Below, one piece after another: positions 1 to 7,408 of a DNA stretch of 44,228 bases. The DNA is from Escherichia phage BUCT825: the sequence record PV040721.1; one strand, written 5' to 3'. The position numbers were made by a program, and so were the translations under genes. The notes beneath the pieces are model-generated. The model saw only the letters and a program-made list of their open reading frames with translations, was not told where the DNA came from and searched no databases. Numbering within the stretch: the first letter of the stretch is position 1; every line of letters starts with the position of its first letter.

Positions 1-127
1 ATATACGGTACGTTGTACTTTTTAGCCAGACGCGCTGCCACTTTGCATGTAATCACAGCCTCTACCTGAAACGTTGGGTTTTTCTTCCGCTTTGTTTCGA
101 AATGCGCAGCCCCACTAACGGCTAAAT
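1..127. repeat. Left copy of exact 127-bp terminal duplication (identical to 44102-44228)
   Basis: Base-by-base identity of 1-127 with 44102-44228 read directly. Confidence 0.95.
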
Positions 128-356
128 CTGTGCAAGGAGGGAACGCAAAAATAATATCCGGCGCAACCTCGAAGTCGAATTTATTATCAATCCACGCGTT
201 TATATAGTGGATGTTCTCGTGTTCAACTTTTGCACCCAATCGCGCGTAGTCGCCATGGTCAGCGCCGTCGTAGTTGAAACAATAGCAAGTATGGCCTGCT
301 TCCGCCCACGGCTGGGCCATAAGGCCCGAACCGTCAAACAATGACCAGACAATCAT
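1..356 (-). CDS. DNA (cytosine-5)-methyltransferase-like protein, N-terminal part (gene continues at 43774-44228 across the circular junction; ~227 aa total)
   Basis: Minus-strand ATG at 354-356 overlapping upstream stop (ATGA); manual translation MIVWSLFDGSG...FAFPPCTDLAVSGA...ENPV reads open through position 1 into 44228; motifs resemble C5-MTase I (FxGxG), IV (PC), VI (ENV). Confidence 0.6.
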   Translation of the reverse strand, partial: MIVWSLFDGSGLMAQPWAEAGHTCYCFNYDGADHGDYARLGAKVEHENIHYINAWIDNKFDFEVAPDIIFAFPPCTDLAVSGAAHFETKRKKNPTFQVEAVITCKVAARLAKKYNVPY

Positions 357-544
357 TTCAGCACCAGAACTAACTCTTTACGCCCGAACGCCGTAACGTT
401 GCCTGTTACGTCTTCGATAACCAGTTTACCGTTCGACTCGACGTATACCGTATCAACGGCAACAGGACGACGGGTCTTAACGTTAAAAATCATGTCGCCA
501 GGTACGATGTCACGTGCTGGTTTGCGGTCATATTCGTGTTTCAT
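353..544 (-). CDS. hypothetical small protein (63 aa)
   Basis: ORF in operon context, start/stop overlap with downstream gene. Confidence 0.5.
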   Translation of the reverse strand: MKHEYDRKPARDIVPGDMIFNVKTRRPVAVDTVYVESNGKLVIEDVTGNVTAFGRKELVLVLK

Positions 545-574
545 TTCCCAATTCCTTATATTGTTGGTGTACGG

Positions 575-862
575 CTAACTATAATAGTTCGCTATTAGGT
601 CGTCAACCTGTTTAAACGACCCGACGACAAAAACATTCGCACCGCGTTTACGCATACGCGCGTGCTCACGTAACTGATGAGGGTCCGGCTTCGTGTTTTC
701 GTCTTTCTTCACCTCGACAAACCAGACTATGCCGTCTGGGAGAATTACCAGCAGGTCGGGGGCGCCCACTCTATTTTCGTATGACAATTTGCGTACGAGG
801 CCACCGAGGGCCTCGAATCGCTCTTTTGCGTATTTCTGTATTTTGCCCTCAGGCGTACTCAT
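575..862 (-). CDS. VRR-NUC domain nuclease (95 aa)
   Basis: Small protein with GAPDLLV...VEVK motif typical of VRR-NUC/PD-(D/E)XK fold. Confidence 0.65.
   Translation of the reverse strand: MSTPEGKIQKYAKERFEALGGLVRKLSYENRVGAPDLLVILPDGIVWFVEVKKDENTKPDPHQLREHARMRKRGANVFVVGSFKQVDDLIANYYS
578..606 (-). promoter_or_regulatory. sigma70-like promoter, minus strand (-35 TTGACG 601-606, 17-bp spacer, -10 TATAGT 578-583), inside the 3' end of the VRR-NUC gene
   Basis: Reverse complement reads TTGACG-N17-TATAGT; near-identical to elements at 3987-4015 and 7083-7111. Confidence 0.6.
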
Positions 863-947
863 CTACGCACCCTTCTCGTTTCGTATGCTCAACCCCACAG
901 CGAGGACAGATTCGGCAGTCTTCTTCGTAGAACCAGTAAATTTTCAT
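849..947 (-). CDS. putative 32-aa Cys-rich (zinc-ribbon-like) peptide
   Basis: Manual translation MKIYWFYEEDCRICPRCGVEHTKREGCVDEYA; start overlaps stop of upstream micro-ORF (ATGA), 3' end overlaps VRR-NUC start. Confidence 0.25.
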   Translation of the reverse strand: MKIYWFYEEDCRICPRCGVEHTKREGCVDEYA

Positions 948-1075
948 TCCAGCACCCACAGATAAATTGCGATGAACATGATCAATATGGCAACCATCAT
1001 GCCGTATTGACCCTCGTGACAGTAGACACCGGCGGCAAATCCAGCCAGTACCGCGATAATCAGTTTACTTGGCAT
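944..1075 (-). CDS. putative 43-aa hydrophobic membrane peptide
   Basis: Manual translation MPSKLIIAVLAGFAAGVYCHEGQYGMMVAILIMFIAIYLWVLE; start overlaps the polymerase stop. Confidence 0.25.
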   Translation of the reverse strand: MPSKLIIAVLAGFAAGVYCHEGQYGMMVAILIMFIAIYLWVLE

Positions 1076-3245
1076 AACGCTTCATCTCCGCACCTTCTGC
1101 TACAAGAGGGAACCCCTCCGCCCATTCAGGTAATTCGCACATCAACCGCTCAAGCTCTGCGACATTGTATTCTGGTAAATCCGGTGTCTCGCAGATAATT
1201 TCATCGTGAACATGAAGCACAATCGGGTAGCCGTTTGCTTCGACGTTCAGCAGCGCATTAGCCAGCAAATCACGGCACAGCGCCTGTGTGCAGTTTTCCA
1301 CGAGTTTACCGGAATATGTGTACTGGAAGCCCCACTGACGGGTTAACTGATTTTCTCCCTGGTACTTTATGCGCACGTTAGTAGACACCTTCCCATCTTC
1401 GTCTGTCTCTTTCGATACGCTCAACCCTACGCCTGGGTAAGACATAACGCGGCCCGACGGCAACGTCATGCGCAGCCACCAACCGGCGACTTTGTTGCTG
1501 TTGTTGTCTGTCTCTACGTTGCGCGAAAACTTAACTCCCCGCGGCCCCGCGGTGAACTCTTTGCCCGGATTGCGGATAGCCGCCATAGCCGCATCTTCAA
1601 TATCACGCCAGAAAGCTACTGTTTCCGGGTGTGACTCACGCCACATACGCTTGATAGCGTCGCAGGTACGCCACACTTTCTTATCAAGAATATAAGATGG
1701 TCGGTCATCTTTTTCACCAGGACGTGGCGGTCGCTTGGCTTCCTGAATACGCGCCCACTCATATCCACGTGCGGTAGCAGCCCAGATGTGGTCGGGGAAA
1801 GTCCCGTCCATTGTTTTTGCCATATCAACAAGGTCAAGGCCGAGGTTTTTGGCGAACTGTACGAATGCACCGACACCACCCGCGTAGCCAAGTCCCAGTT
1901 CGCAGGCCTTACCAATCTGGCGTAAGTCTTTACGTTCTTTCTTAATGTAATCCGACTCCATGCCAAACATCTTGCCTGCGGTTACGCAGTAAATATCCAG
2001 CCCGGCACGGAACGTATCAAGCGCGGTTTCTTCGCCAGCCAGCCACGCCAAACCGCGGCCTTCAACGTTAGAGTAATCGGCGACGACAAACTTATGCCCG
2101 GCTTCAGGTATAATGCAGCTGCGCACCGTCGATGCCGTTAGTTTGGCTACATCGAAACGGCGGTGCGCACGGCCTTTAAGTAACGCAGAAATGCCTTTAT
2201 CCAGTTCGTCGTCGTGATAGTACCCGCGAGCCAGGTTCTGCGGCTGGAAGCCTTTACCCGCAAATCGTAACGTACGTTTAGCTCCACCATACTGGATGCA
2301 ACCGCGACGGCGGTCGTCAGACGAGCGGCCTAACAGCAGCGGGTTATATTTCGTTGACGCAGTGGATGCCGCCCCGAGGCGCATTTCGATAATCGTGCGG
2401 GCGTCGTCCGGTAAATCATCATCCGCCAACAGGTCATTTAGCGTCGACTTCTGCGCGTTGTGGATTCGGTGCGCTGGCGCAAGTTCACGCAGAATAGGAA
2501 GGAAGTCTTTACCAGTAAGCGAGCCGCCGTATTTACGTTGGGCTTCTTCCTGCAACTGCGCTTTGTGTTTCTCTACCGCTTCAATCGCGGCTTCCGCCAA
2601 CGCAACGTCGACCTTAAACCCGCGGTCGTTGATTAACTGGTCCAGTTCCAGTACACGGTCCTCAAACTCCGAGTTACCCCACCGCGGTAGCTTATGGAAC
2701 ACTTCACGCATCGCGGTGATGTCGCTAACTGCGTACTTGATGAACAGCGCCCACTCGTCAGGGTGCGTTTCGGCGGTATAGCGGCGAATTTTGTAGTTCT
2801 TCGGTGTCGGTTTAGAGAAACGCTGAATCAGCGCCTTACCGCGTTTGTCTTTTGCGTTGTCAGCAGATACGCCCAGCACTTCGCACAGCGCATCGAGCGA
2901 ACCCGGCAGCGCGTGACGAAACGCCCAAATCATCGTATCAATGGTGTTGCTTACCGGAATGTCAAAACCCCAGCAGTGTTTCATGACGAGCCTATCGAAC
3001 ATTGAGCCGTTGTGCCACACCATCTTAACGCGGCTGTTCGGCTTAACCAGGCGGCGTAACGCGCGATACAAATCGCCCGGCATATCGCTGCCGTCGGTGC
3101 AATCCCATACCTGTACAGGCTGGTCGTTAAAAGCATATGTACAGATTAGCACTTCGGTAGTTGGATGTTCGGCGTAAGCGTAGGAACCGACTTTCTTCAA
3201 ATCGGCTTCGGAGAATGTTTCAAAGTCTAAGAACAGGTAACTCAT
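1065..3245 (-). CDS. Family A DNA polymerase with N-terminal 3'-5' exonuclease domain (726 aa)
   Basis: Exo I motif LDFETFS; Pol motif A DYSNVEGR, motif B RQIGKACELGLGYAGG, motif C VLHVHDEI. Confidence 0.9.
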   Translation of the reverse strand: MSYLFLDFETFSEADLKKVGSYAYAEHPTTEVLICTYAFNDQPVQVWDCTDGSDMPGDLYRALRRLVKPNSRVKMVWHNGSMFDRLVMKHCWGFDIPVSNTIDTMIWAFRHALPGSLDALCEVLGVSADNAKDKRGKALIQRFSKPTPKNYKIRRYTAETHPDEWALFIKYAVSDITAMREVFHKLPRWGNSEFEDRVLELDQLINDRGFKVDVALAEAAIEAVEKHKAQLQEEAQRKYGGSLTGKDFLPILRELAPAHRIHNAQKSTLNDLLADDDLPDDARTIIEMRLGAASTASTKYNPLLLGRSSDDRRRGCIQYGGAKRTLRFAGKGFQPQNLARGYYHDDELDKGISALLKGRAHRRFDVAKLTASTVRSCIIPEAGHKFVVADYSNVEGRGLAWLAGEETALDTFRAGLDIYCVTAGKMFGMESDYIKKERKDLRQIGKACELGLGYAGGVGAFVQFAKNLGLDLVDMAKTMDGTFPDHIWAATARGYEWARIQEAKRPPRPGEKDDRPSYILDKKVWRTCDAIKRMWRESHPETVAFWRDIEDAAMAAIRNPGKEFTAGPRGVKFSRNVETDNNSNKVAGWWLRMTLPSGRVMSYPGVGLSVSKETDEDGKVSTNVRIKYQGENQLTRQWGFQYTYSGKLVENCTQALCRDLLANALLNVEANGYPIVLHVHDEIICETPDLPEYNVAELERLMCELPEWAEGFPLVAEGAEMKRYAK

Positions 3246-3265
3246 TATTTTCGACCCTTAGTAAA

Positions 3266-3285
3266 AAGGCCCAATGAAGGGCCTT
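3266..3285 (-). terminator. Intrinsic terminator-like hairpin on minus strand between SSB-like gene and polymerase gene
   Basis: Minus strand reads AAGGCCC-TTCATT-GGGCCTT followed by TTTTACT. Confidence 0.45.
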
Positions 3286-3304
3286 AGTTAAATTGATTCA
3301 GATA

Positions 3305-3931
3305 TTAGCGGCGGCGACGTTCGCGGCGCGGTGCTTCATCTTCTTCGTCGTCTTCCAGGTCATTGACGCTCGCAGCGACTTTAGAACCGCCGAACGCTTT
3401 GCCTTCGCCAACGTATTTAATCGCCAGCAGGTTAACGCCGAGGACTTTGTATTTCTGGCTGAACCAGATTTCAACGCTTACGTTAGCTAAGCATCCGCTG
3501 TAAACCTGTTCACCTTCAATCTGTTCACCGTCTACATTGAAGTCCTGTTCTACCTGAGTCTCACCTTTTTTAGAGGTTACAATCAGCGGCTGCTTCTGTG
3601 CCTTCGCTTTGAAGTAGAAGCCTTCCGGGAAGTCTTCAAACGGATTGTCACGCTCGGCAATGTCTTTAATCGCACATTTATCCATGTGCTTACCTTCGCC
3701 GTAGTTGGACTTCATCCACTTCTCGGCGGCGGCTGCACCTAACGCTTCTTCAACTACAGCGTAAACGGTGTCGTAGAGCGCGTCGATTTGCGCGTGGTCG
3801 GACGGCAGGATAATAGTCGCGCTGTACTGACCTTTAGTGATTGAACCATCATCATTTTCACGGTCTTTTTCGCGTTCGAATACGTTAACCCAAGCAGTGT
3901 TTACTTTACGCAGATTTAATTTCAGTCCCAT
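3305..3931 (-). CDS. putative ssDNA-binding protein (DUF2815-like), 208 aa with acidic/arginine-rich tail
   Basis: Position between nuclease and polymerase, own promoter and terminator, acidic C-terminus DDEEDEAPRRERRRR; family assignment from memory. Confidence 0.45.
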   Translation of the reverse strand: MGLKLNLRKVNTAWVNVFEREKDRENDDGSITKGQYSATIILPSDHAQIDALYDTVYAVVEEALGAAAAEKWMKSNYGEGKHMDKCAIKDIAERDNPFEDFPEGFYFKAKAQKQPLIVTSKKGETQVEQDFNVDGEQIEGEQVYSGCLANVSVEIWFSQKYKVLGVNLLAIKYVGEGKAFGGSKVAASVNDLEDDEEDEAPRRERRRR

Positions 3932-3986
3932 TTCTCGATTCCTCAGTTTTCAGTTTACTCCGGGAGCTGCCCGGCCAGTGATTAGA

Positions 3987-4015
3987 ACTATAATAGCTAA
4001 CTATTCAGGTGTCAA
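3987..4015 (-). promoter_or_regulatory. sigma70-like promoter, minus strand (-35 TTGACA 4010-4015, -10 TATAGT 3987-3992)
   Basis: Reverse complement TTGACA-N17-TATAGT; conserved with 578-606 and 7083-7111. Confidence 0.65.
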
Positions 4016-4019
4016 CACT

Positions 4020-5261
4020 TTATTCTAAATCTTCTTCACTAACCTTATTCCACTCAGGACGTTTGTCGTCCGCTGTTGTGACGCATGGCGCCCCCGGCTT
4101 ACGTGTGATGAAGTCTTTCAGTTCTTCTTCTGGTATTACTTTAACCGCTTCGGTCGGCGTCAGGAGCACTTCTTTAGTCAGCTTGTCGCCGTAGAGTTCT
4201 GCTACTTTCTCTGCGTCTTTCCACGCACGATTACCTGGGCGACCTTCCACCAGCTTGTACCCTGGCACTTTCTTACCGGAATGCAACGCAGCAGCCATAG
4301 CTTTTTCGACCTTATCGATGTGCTGGCGCAACAACGGCAACTTCTCATATTCAGCTACGAGTTGCTCCGGCGTAAGTTCCAGCGCAAAGTCGTCCTCCAG
4401 TTCTTCGGCAAGTACAGAATTAACCGTCTTTGTACGCGCTGCGCACTGTTCAGAGAACCGACACCACTGACAACCGTCGACAGACGGCTTAAAGTCCGAC
4501 GCTTTCAGGTTCTTCTTGCCTCGGAAATACGCATCAAGGGCTAACAGTGCGCGTTTCTGTGCGAACTTAGCGAACAGTTCCAGACCTTCAACCGAGATGT
4601 CCCACTCCGACGCGCCCCCGGCGTACGGCTGGAAGATGACTAGGCGCACTACTGATATGTTATAACGTCTCTTGAGTCGGCGGTAAACACCGAGAGCGTA
4701 GAGCATAAGCTGCTTGTTTTCTTTCGCTTCGACATGATGCCGTCCTGTTTTCAGGTCGCCGATAATGAGCATATGCTCGTCAGTGTTCGCCAGTTCCTGA
4801 ACGGCAACAAGGTCAGCGGTTCCGAACGTCTCAACGCCTTCGTAACCCGGATGCAATACCTCAGTAAGATTTACCCGCATTTCCAGCTTGGCGTAAGTCG
4901 CTACGTCGATAATCGCTTTGCAGTAGTCGGTGTACTTGCGCACCTGCTCAATCATGTCAGCCGTAATCAGTACCGCGCCTTTCATCTGGCTAATTAGCGC
5001 CTTAATCTGGCCTTTACCCTCGTCCAGCACGTAAGCGCCGACTTCACGCTCCAACGGCAACGCAGTGCCGCGTATATAGGCGTTGAGATGGACCTCAGCT
5101 ATGGTGTGCATGGCGGTTCCTGATACAGCGGCTTTACCCGACGTGTTAGGGATATCTTTTTCACACGCCAGCGACGCAGCGCATGACAGCCACTTTTTAG
5201 CGCCTGACGGTGACAGTAAGGCGTGTACATCATTATTGCCGCCTCGTTCTTTTAGTTTCAT
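4020..5261 (-). CDS. PD-(D/E)XK / Cas4-like nuclease (DUF2800-like) with C-terminal Cys cluster; start may be 5282
   Basis: ORF 4020-5282; internal ATG at 5261 has a better SD (GGGAG); C-terminal CQWCRFSEQC motif; N-terminal LSPSGAKKWLSCAAS. Confidence 0.6.
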   Translation of the reverse strand: MKLKERGGNNDVHALLSPSGAKKWLSCAASLACEKDIPNTSGKAAVSGTAMHTIAEVHLNAYIRGTALPLEREVGAYVLDEGKGQIKALISQMKGAVLITADMIEQVRKYTDYCKAIIDVATYAKLEMRVNLTEVLHPGYEGVETFGTADLVAVQELANTDEHMLIIGDLKTGRHHVEAKENKQLMLYALGVYRRLKRRYNISVVRLVIFQPYAGGASEWDISVEGLELFAKFAQKRALLALDAYFRGKKNLKASDFKPSVDGCQWCRFSEQCAARTKTVNSVLAEELEDDFALELTPEQLVAEYEKLPLLRQHIDKVEKAMAAALHSGKKVPGYKLVEGRPGNRAWKDAEKVAELYGDKLTKEVLLTPTEAVKVIPEEELKDFITRKPGAPCVTTADDKRPEWNKVSEEDLE

Positions 5262-5412
5262 GCTCTTAAACTCCCACCCCATTTAACTTTACGCGTTTTG
5301 CGCTTGTAGGCGCACGTGTCACCGCTACGGTTGAATATAATCAGCCAAGTCGAGTTGCTTACTCGAAAAGGCTGGTGACATTTAATAAAGAGAAGTCGCG
5401 CTTTACGGTTCG

Positions 5413-5562
5413 TCATTCTGCAATCTCCACAATACGCGCATTAGTGAAACTGCGTGCGAAGCCGAATGTGTAGAAGATGTACTGGGCTTCGTCCAAACGT
5501 GCGTAGCGGCTGTGTTCCTGGTCTTTACCGTCTATTTCTACAATTATCGCGTACCTTGTCAT
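5413..5562 (-). CDS. putative 49-aa protein
   Basis: Manual translation MTRYAIIVEIDGKDQEHSRYARLDEAQYIFYTFGFARSFTNARIVEIAE; ATGA overlap with upstream ORF stop. Confidence 0.3.
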   Translation of the reverse strand: MTRYAIIVEIDGKDQEHSRYARLDEAQYIFYTFGFARSFTNARIVEIAE

Positions 5563-5831
5563 ACCCTGCTCTCCCACTGGTCGATTAAATGTCGCGTCTT
5601 ATGTTCGCAGTGCATAGCCCACCCATACATCGACTCAAAGACATAAAAGTCTGGCTTGGCGAATGTCGTGCGCTTAATCTGTGACACGTGACGGCCTATA
5701 TCTTTAGGCCGCGGTACTTTGCCTAAGTAAGCCATCTCTTCCATCTGGTGCGCTCCGGACGGCGCACGCAACAGCCATAGTGCCTCTGTGTTGTCCCGCC
5801 TGTCGACGGCGCGGTAGAGTTGGTAAATCAT
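5559..5831 (-). CDS. hypothetical protein (90 aa)
   Basis: ORF in tightly packed minus-strand operon. Confidence 0.5.
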   Translation of the reverse strand: MIYQLYRAVDRRDNTEALWLLRAPSGAHQMEEMAYLGKVPRPKDIGRHVSQIKRTTFAKPDFYVFESMYGWAMHCEHKTRHLIDQWESRV

Positions 5832-6031
5832 TTCCTTACCCTCGCAGAATTAATCCACGTGAAAACATCGTCAATAGAAAAATCGCCGTCGAAAACCTTC
5901 TCAACTTTGCTGGCCTTCTTGACCGTCGTAGGGTGTTTGTTGTCTACCGCCTGAAATACGTAAACCAAATCATTTTCAGCGACAACGCTACCAGAAATCA
6001 TAAGACCACTTTTCTTAGCTAAAATAGCCAT
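5828..6031 (-). CDS. hypothetical protein (67 aa)
   Basis: ORF with overlapping start/stop; conserved SD context CTGAGGGTCG upstream. Confidence 0.5.
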   Translation of the reverse strand: MAILAKKSGLMISGSVVAENDLVYVFQAVDNKHPTTVKKASKVEKVFDGDFSIDDVFTWINSARVRK

Positions 6032-6042
6032 AATTCCGACCC

Positions 6043-6258
6043 TCAGTAGTACGGCGCAAATTCACCTTTAACGGCGGGACGAATTGTATGTACCGCCGTT
6101 TTATCGGTTGGGTACATGTCCGCCCAATATTCGCCAGCGGCATAGTCAAGAGTCCCGCGCCACGCACCATTCAAAACAAAGAATTGCTGACAACCCACAT
6201 ATGAGTCACTTATTTCTACAACTATTTGTTCGTTTATTACTTTGTATACGTTACTCAT
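6043..6258 (-). CDS. hypothetical protein (71 aa)
   Basis: ORF; conserved SD context CTGAGGGTCG upstream. Confidence 0.5.
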   Translation of the reverse strand: MSNVYKVINEQIVVEISDSYVGCQQFFVLNGAWRGTLDYAAGEYWADMYPTDKTAVHTIRPAVKGEFAPYY

Positions 6259-6278
6259 TATTACGACCCTCAGTTAAA

Positions 6279-6294
6279 GCGGCCCGAAGGCCGC
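6279..6294 (-). terminator. GC-rich hairpin (GCGGCC-CGAA-GGCCGC), possible weak terminator on minus strand
   Basis: 6-bp GC stem, 4-nt loop, followed on minus strand by TTTAACT. Confidence 0.3.
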
Positions 6295-6301
6295 CAGATA
6301 A

Positions 6302-6802
6302 TTATTCTTCTTCGAAATACTTGTTCTTGATTGCTGTCAAGCGTTCCAGGTATTCAGCCAGGTCTTCGTCTTTAATCGCTGCAATCTTCATTTTCTTACC
6401 AGTGAACTCTTCCAGCAGTTCATCAGAATCGTCGCACGCGGCATCGCTAGGACCTTCATTAATTGCATCGTCGATGGCCTGAATCTGGTCACGCAGAGAC
6501 TTGTAATCGACTTCTTCTTTCTCTTCTTCCGGTTCTGGCGCAGGTTCCTCTACTTTAGCTTTACGCGGCTTGCGTTTTGGCTTCTCTTCCTCCGCCGGTT
6601 TAGTGTCAACTACGTCTTCACCTTCAACCGGGATTTCTTTTGTTGCTTCTTCAGCGCACTCAGCTACCGCTTCTTTGGTGTACGATACCGTCTCTACTTC
6701 CAGCGGCGTGGCAACCTGAACAACTTGTTTCGCACTGTTCGCGGCAATCAGTTCATGTGCAACTACGAAACGTTCCAGCAATACTAAGAATTTCTCTAAC
6801 AT
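6302..6802 (-). CDS. highly acidic hypothetical protein (166 aa)
   Basis: Long E/D-rich stretches (EEEKPKRKPRKAKVEEPAPEPEEEKEE, DDSDELLEEF). Confidence 0.55.
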   Translation of the reverse strand: MLEKFLVLLERFVVAHELIAANSAKQVVQVATPLEVETVSYTKEAVAECAEEATKEIPVEGEDVVDTKPAEEEKPKRKPRKAKVEEPAPEPEEEKEEVDYKSLRDQIQAIDDAINEGPSDAACDDSDELLEEFTGKKMKIAAIKDEDLAEYLERLTAIKNKYFEEE

Positions 6803-6826
6803 TTGTTTCTCTCCTGTTTGTGTAAG

Positions 6827-7054
6827 TTACTCACCGTCGCCTTCAGTAAGGCTATCGTCTATTAGTTCAAATTTACCGTTTGAGTGTTGAATAGCTTCTT
6901 GCCCGCAATGGTCACAGACAACAAGTTTATCGAACCCATCAAACTCATCCCCTACTACGCAAGAAAGTACAAATTTATGTTTTGTGCACACTTCTTGCGG
7001 AGCGCCGAAAATTGCTCGAAAACCTTTAGCTATGGCCCCAGTGATTGTGTTCAT
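6827..7054 (-). CDS. small Cys-rich (zinc-finger-like) protein (75 aa)
   Basis: Cys pairs CTKHKFVLSC and CDHCGQ; SD GAGAGGGG upstream. Confidence 0.5.
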   Translation of the reverse strand: MNTITGAIAKGFRAIFGAPQEVCTKHKFVLSCVVGDEFDGFDKLVVCDHCGQEAIQHSNGKFELIDDSLTEGDGE

Positions 7055-7082
7055 ATCTGCCCCTCTCGTTTGGTATGGGCTA

Positions 7083-7111
7083 ACTATAATAGCGAACTAT
7101 TCACATGTCAA
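7083..7111 (-). promoter_or_regulatory. sigma70-like promoter, minus strand (-35 TTGACA 7106-7111, -10 TATAGT 7083-7088), divergent from the Cro-like gene
   Basis: Reverse complement TTGACATGTGAATAGTTCGCTATTATAGT. Confidence 0.65.
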
Positions 7112-7175
7112 TGGGCTTTTCTAAAATAATTAATATGGTACTATTCACATATCAACTGACTAAGGAGTAACTGAC

Positions 7176-7391
7176 ATGCAACCATCTGAACTAGGCATCC
7201 GTGTAGAGCAACGCCGTAAAGAACTCGGTATCTCCCAGCGCCGTCTGGCTGTTCTGGCCGGCGTTTCCCAGGGCGCGATTAACCAGCTTGCACTCGGGGT
7301 AACTCAGGACGTACGCCCGGCAACGCTGTTTAAACTGGCGGAAGTGCTGGAAGTAGACGCCAAGTGGCTGGCGCTAGGTGAAGGGGCGTAA
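7176..7391 (+). CDS. XRE/Cro-like helix-turn-helix transcriptional regulator (71 aa)
   Basis: HTH signature ISQRRLAVLAGVSQGAINQL; SD TAAGGAG upstream; only plus-strand gene in a minus-strand module. Confidence 0.75.
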   Translation: MQPSELGIRVEQRRKELGISQRRLAVLAGVSQGAINQLALGVTQDVRPATLFKLAEVLEVDAKWLALGEGA

Positions 7392-7406
7392 CGCCCCTTT
7401 CTTTTT
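7382..7406 (+). terminator. Intrinsic terminator whose loop is the Cro-like stop codon
   Basis: AGGGGCG-TAA-CGCCCCT followed by TTCTTTTT. Confidence 0.6.
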
Positions 7407-7408
7407 AC

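Noticed and set aside
693-965. 90-aa plus-strand ORF
   Set aside because: Antisense to the VRR-NUC gene and the coupled micro-ORFs in a uniformly minus-strand operon; no promoter or SD.
2296-3177. Plus-strand ORFs (161, 103, 78 aa) inside the polymerase gene
   Set aside because: Antisense/alternate-frame ORFs within a well-supported 726-aa polymerase; products low-complexity (Ser/Arg-rich).
5283-5412. Promoter upstream of the nuclease gene on the minus strand
   Set aside because: Only a weak extended-10-like TGATTATAT without a convincing -35; not reported as a feature.
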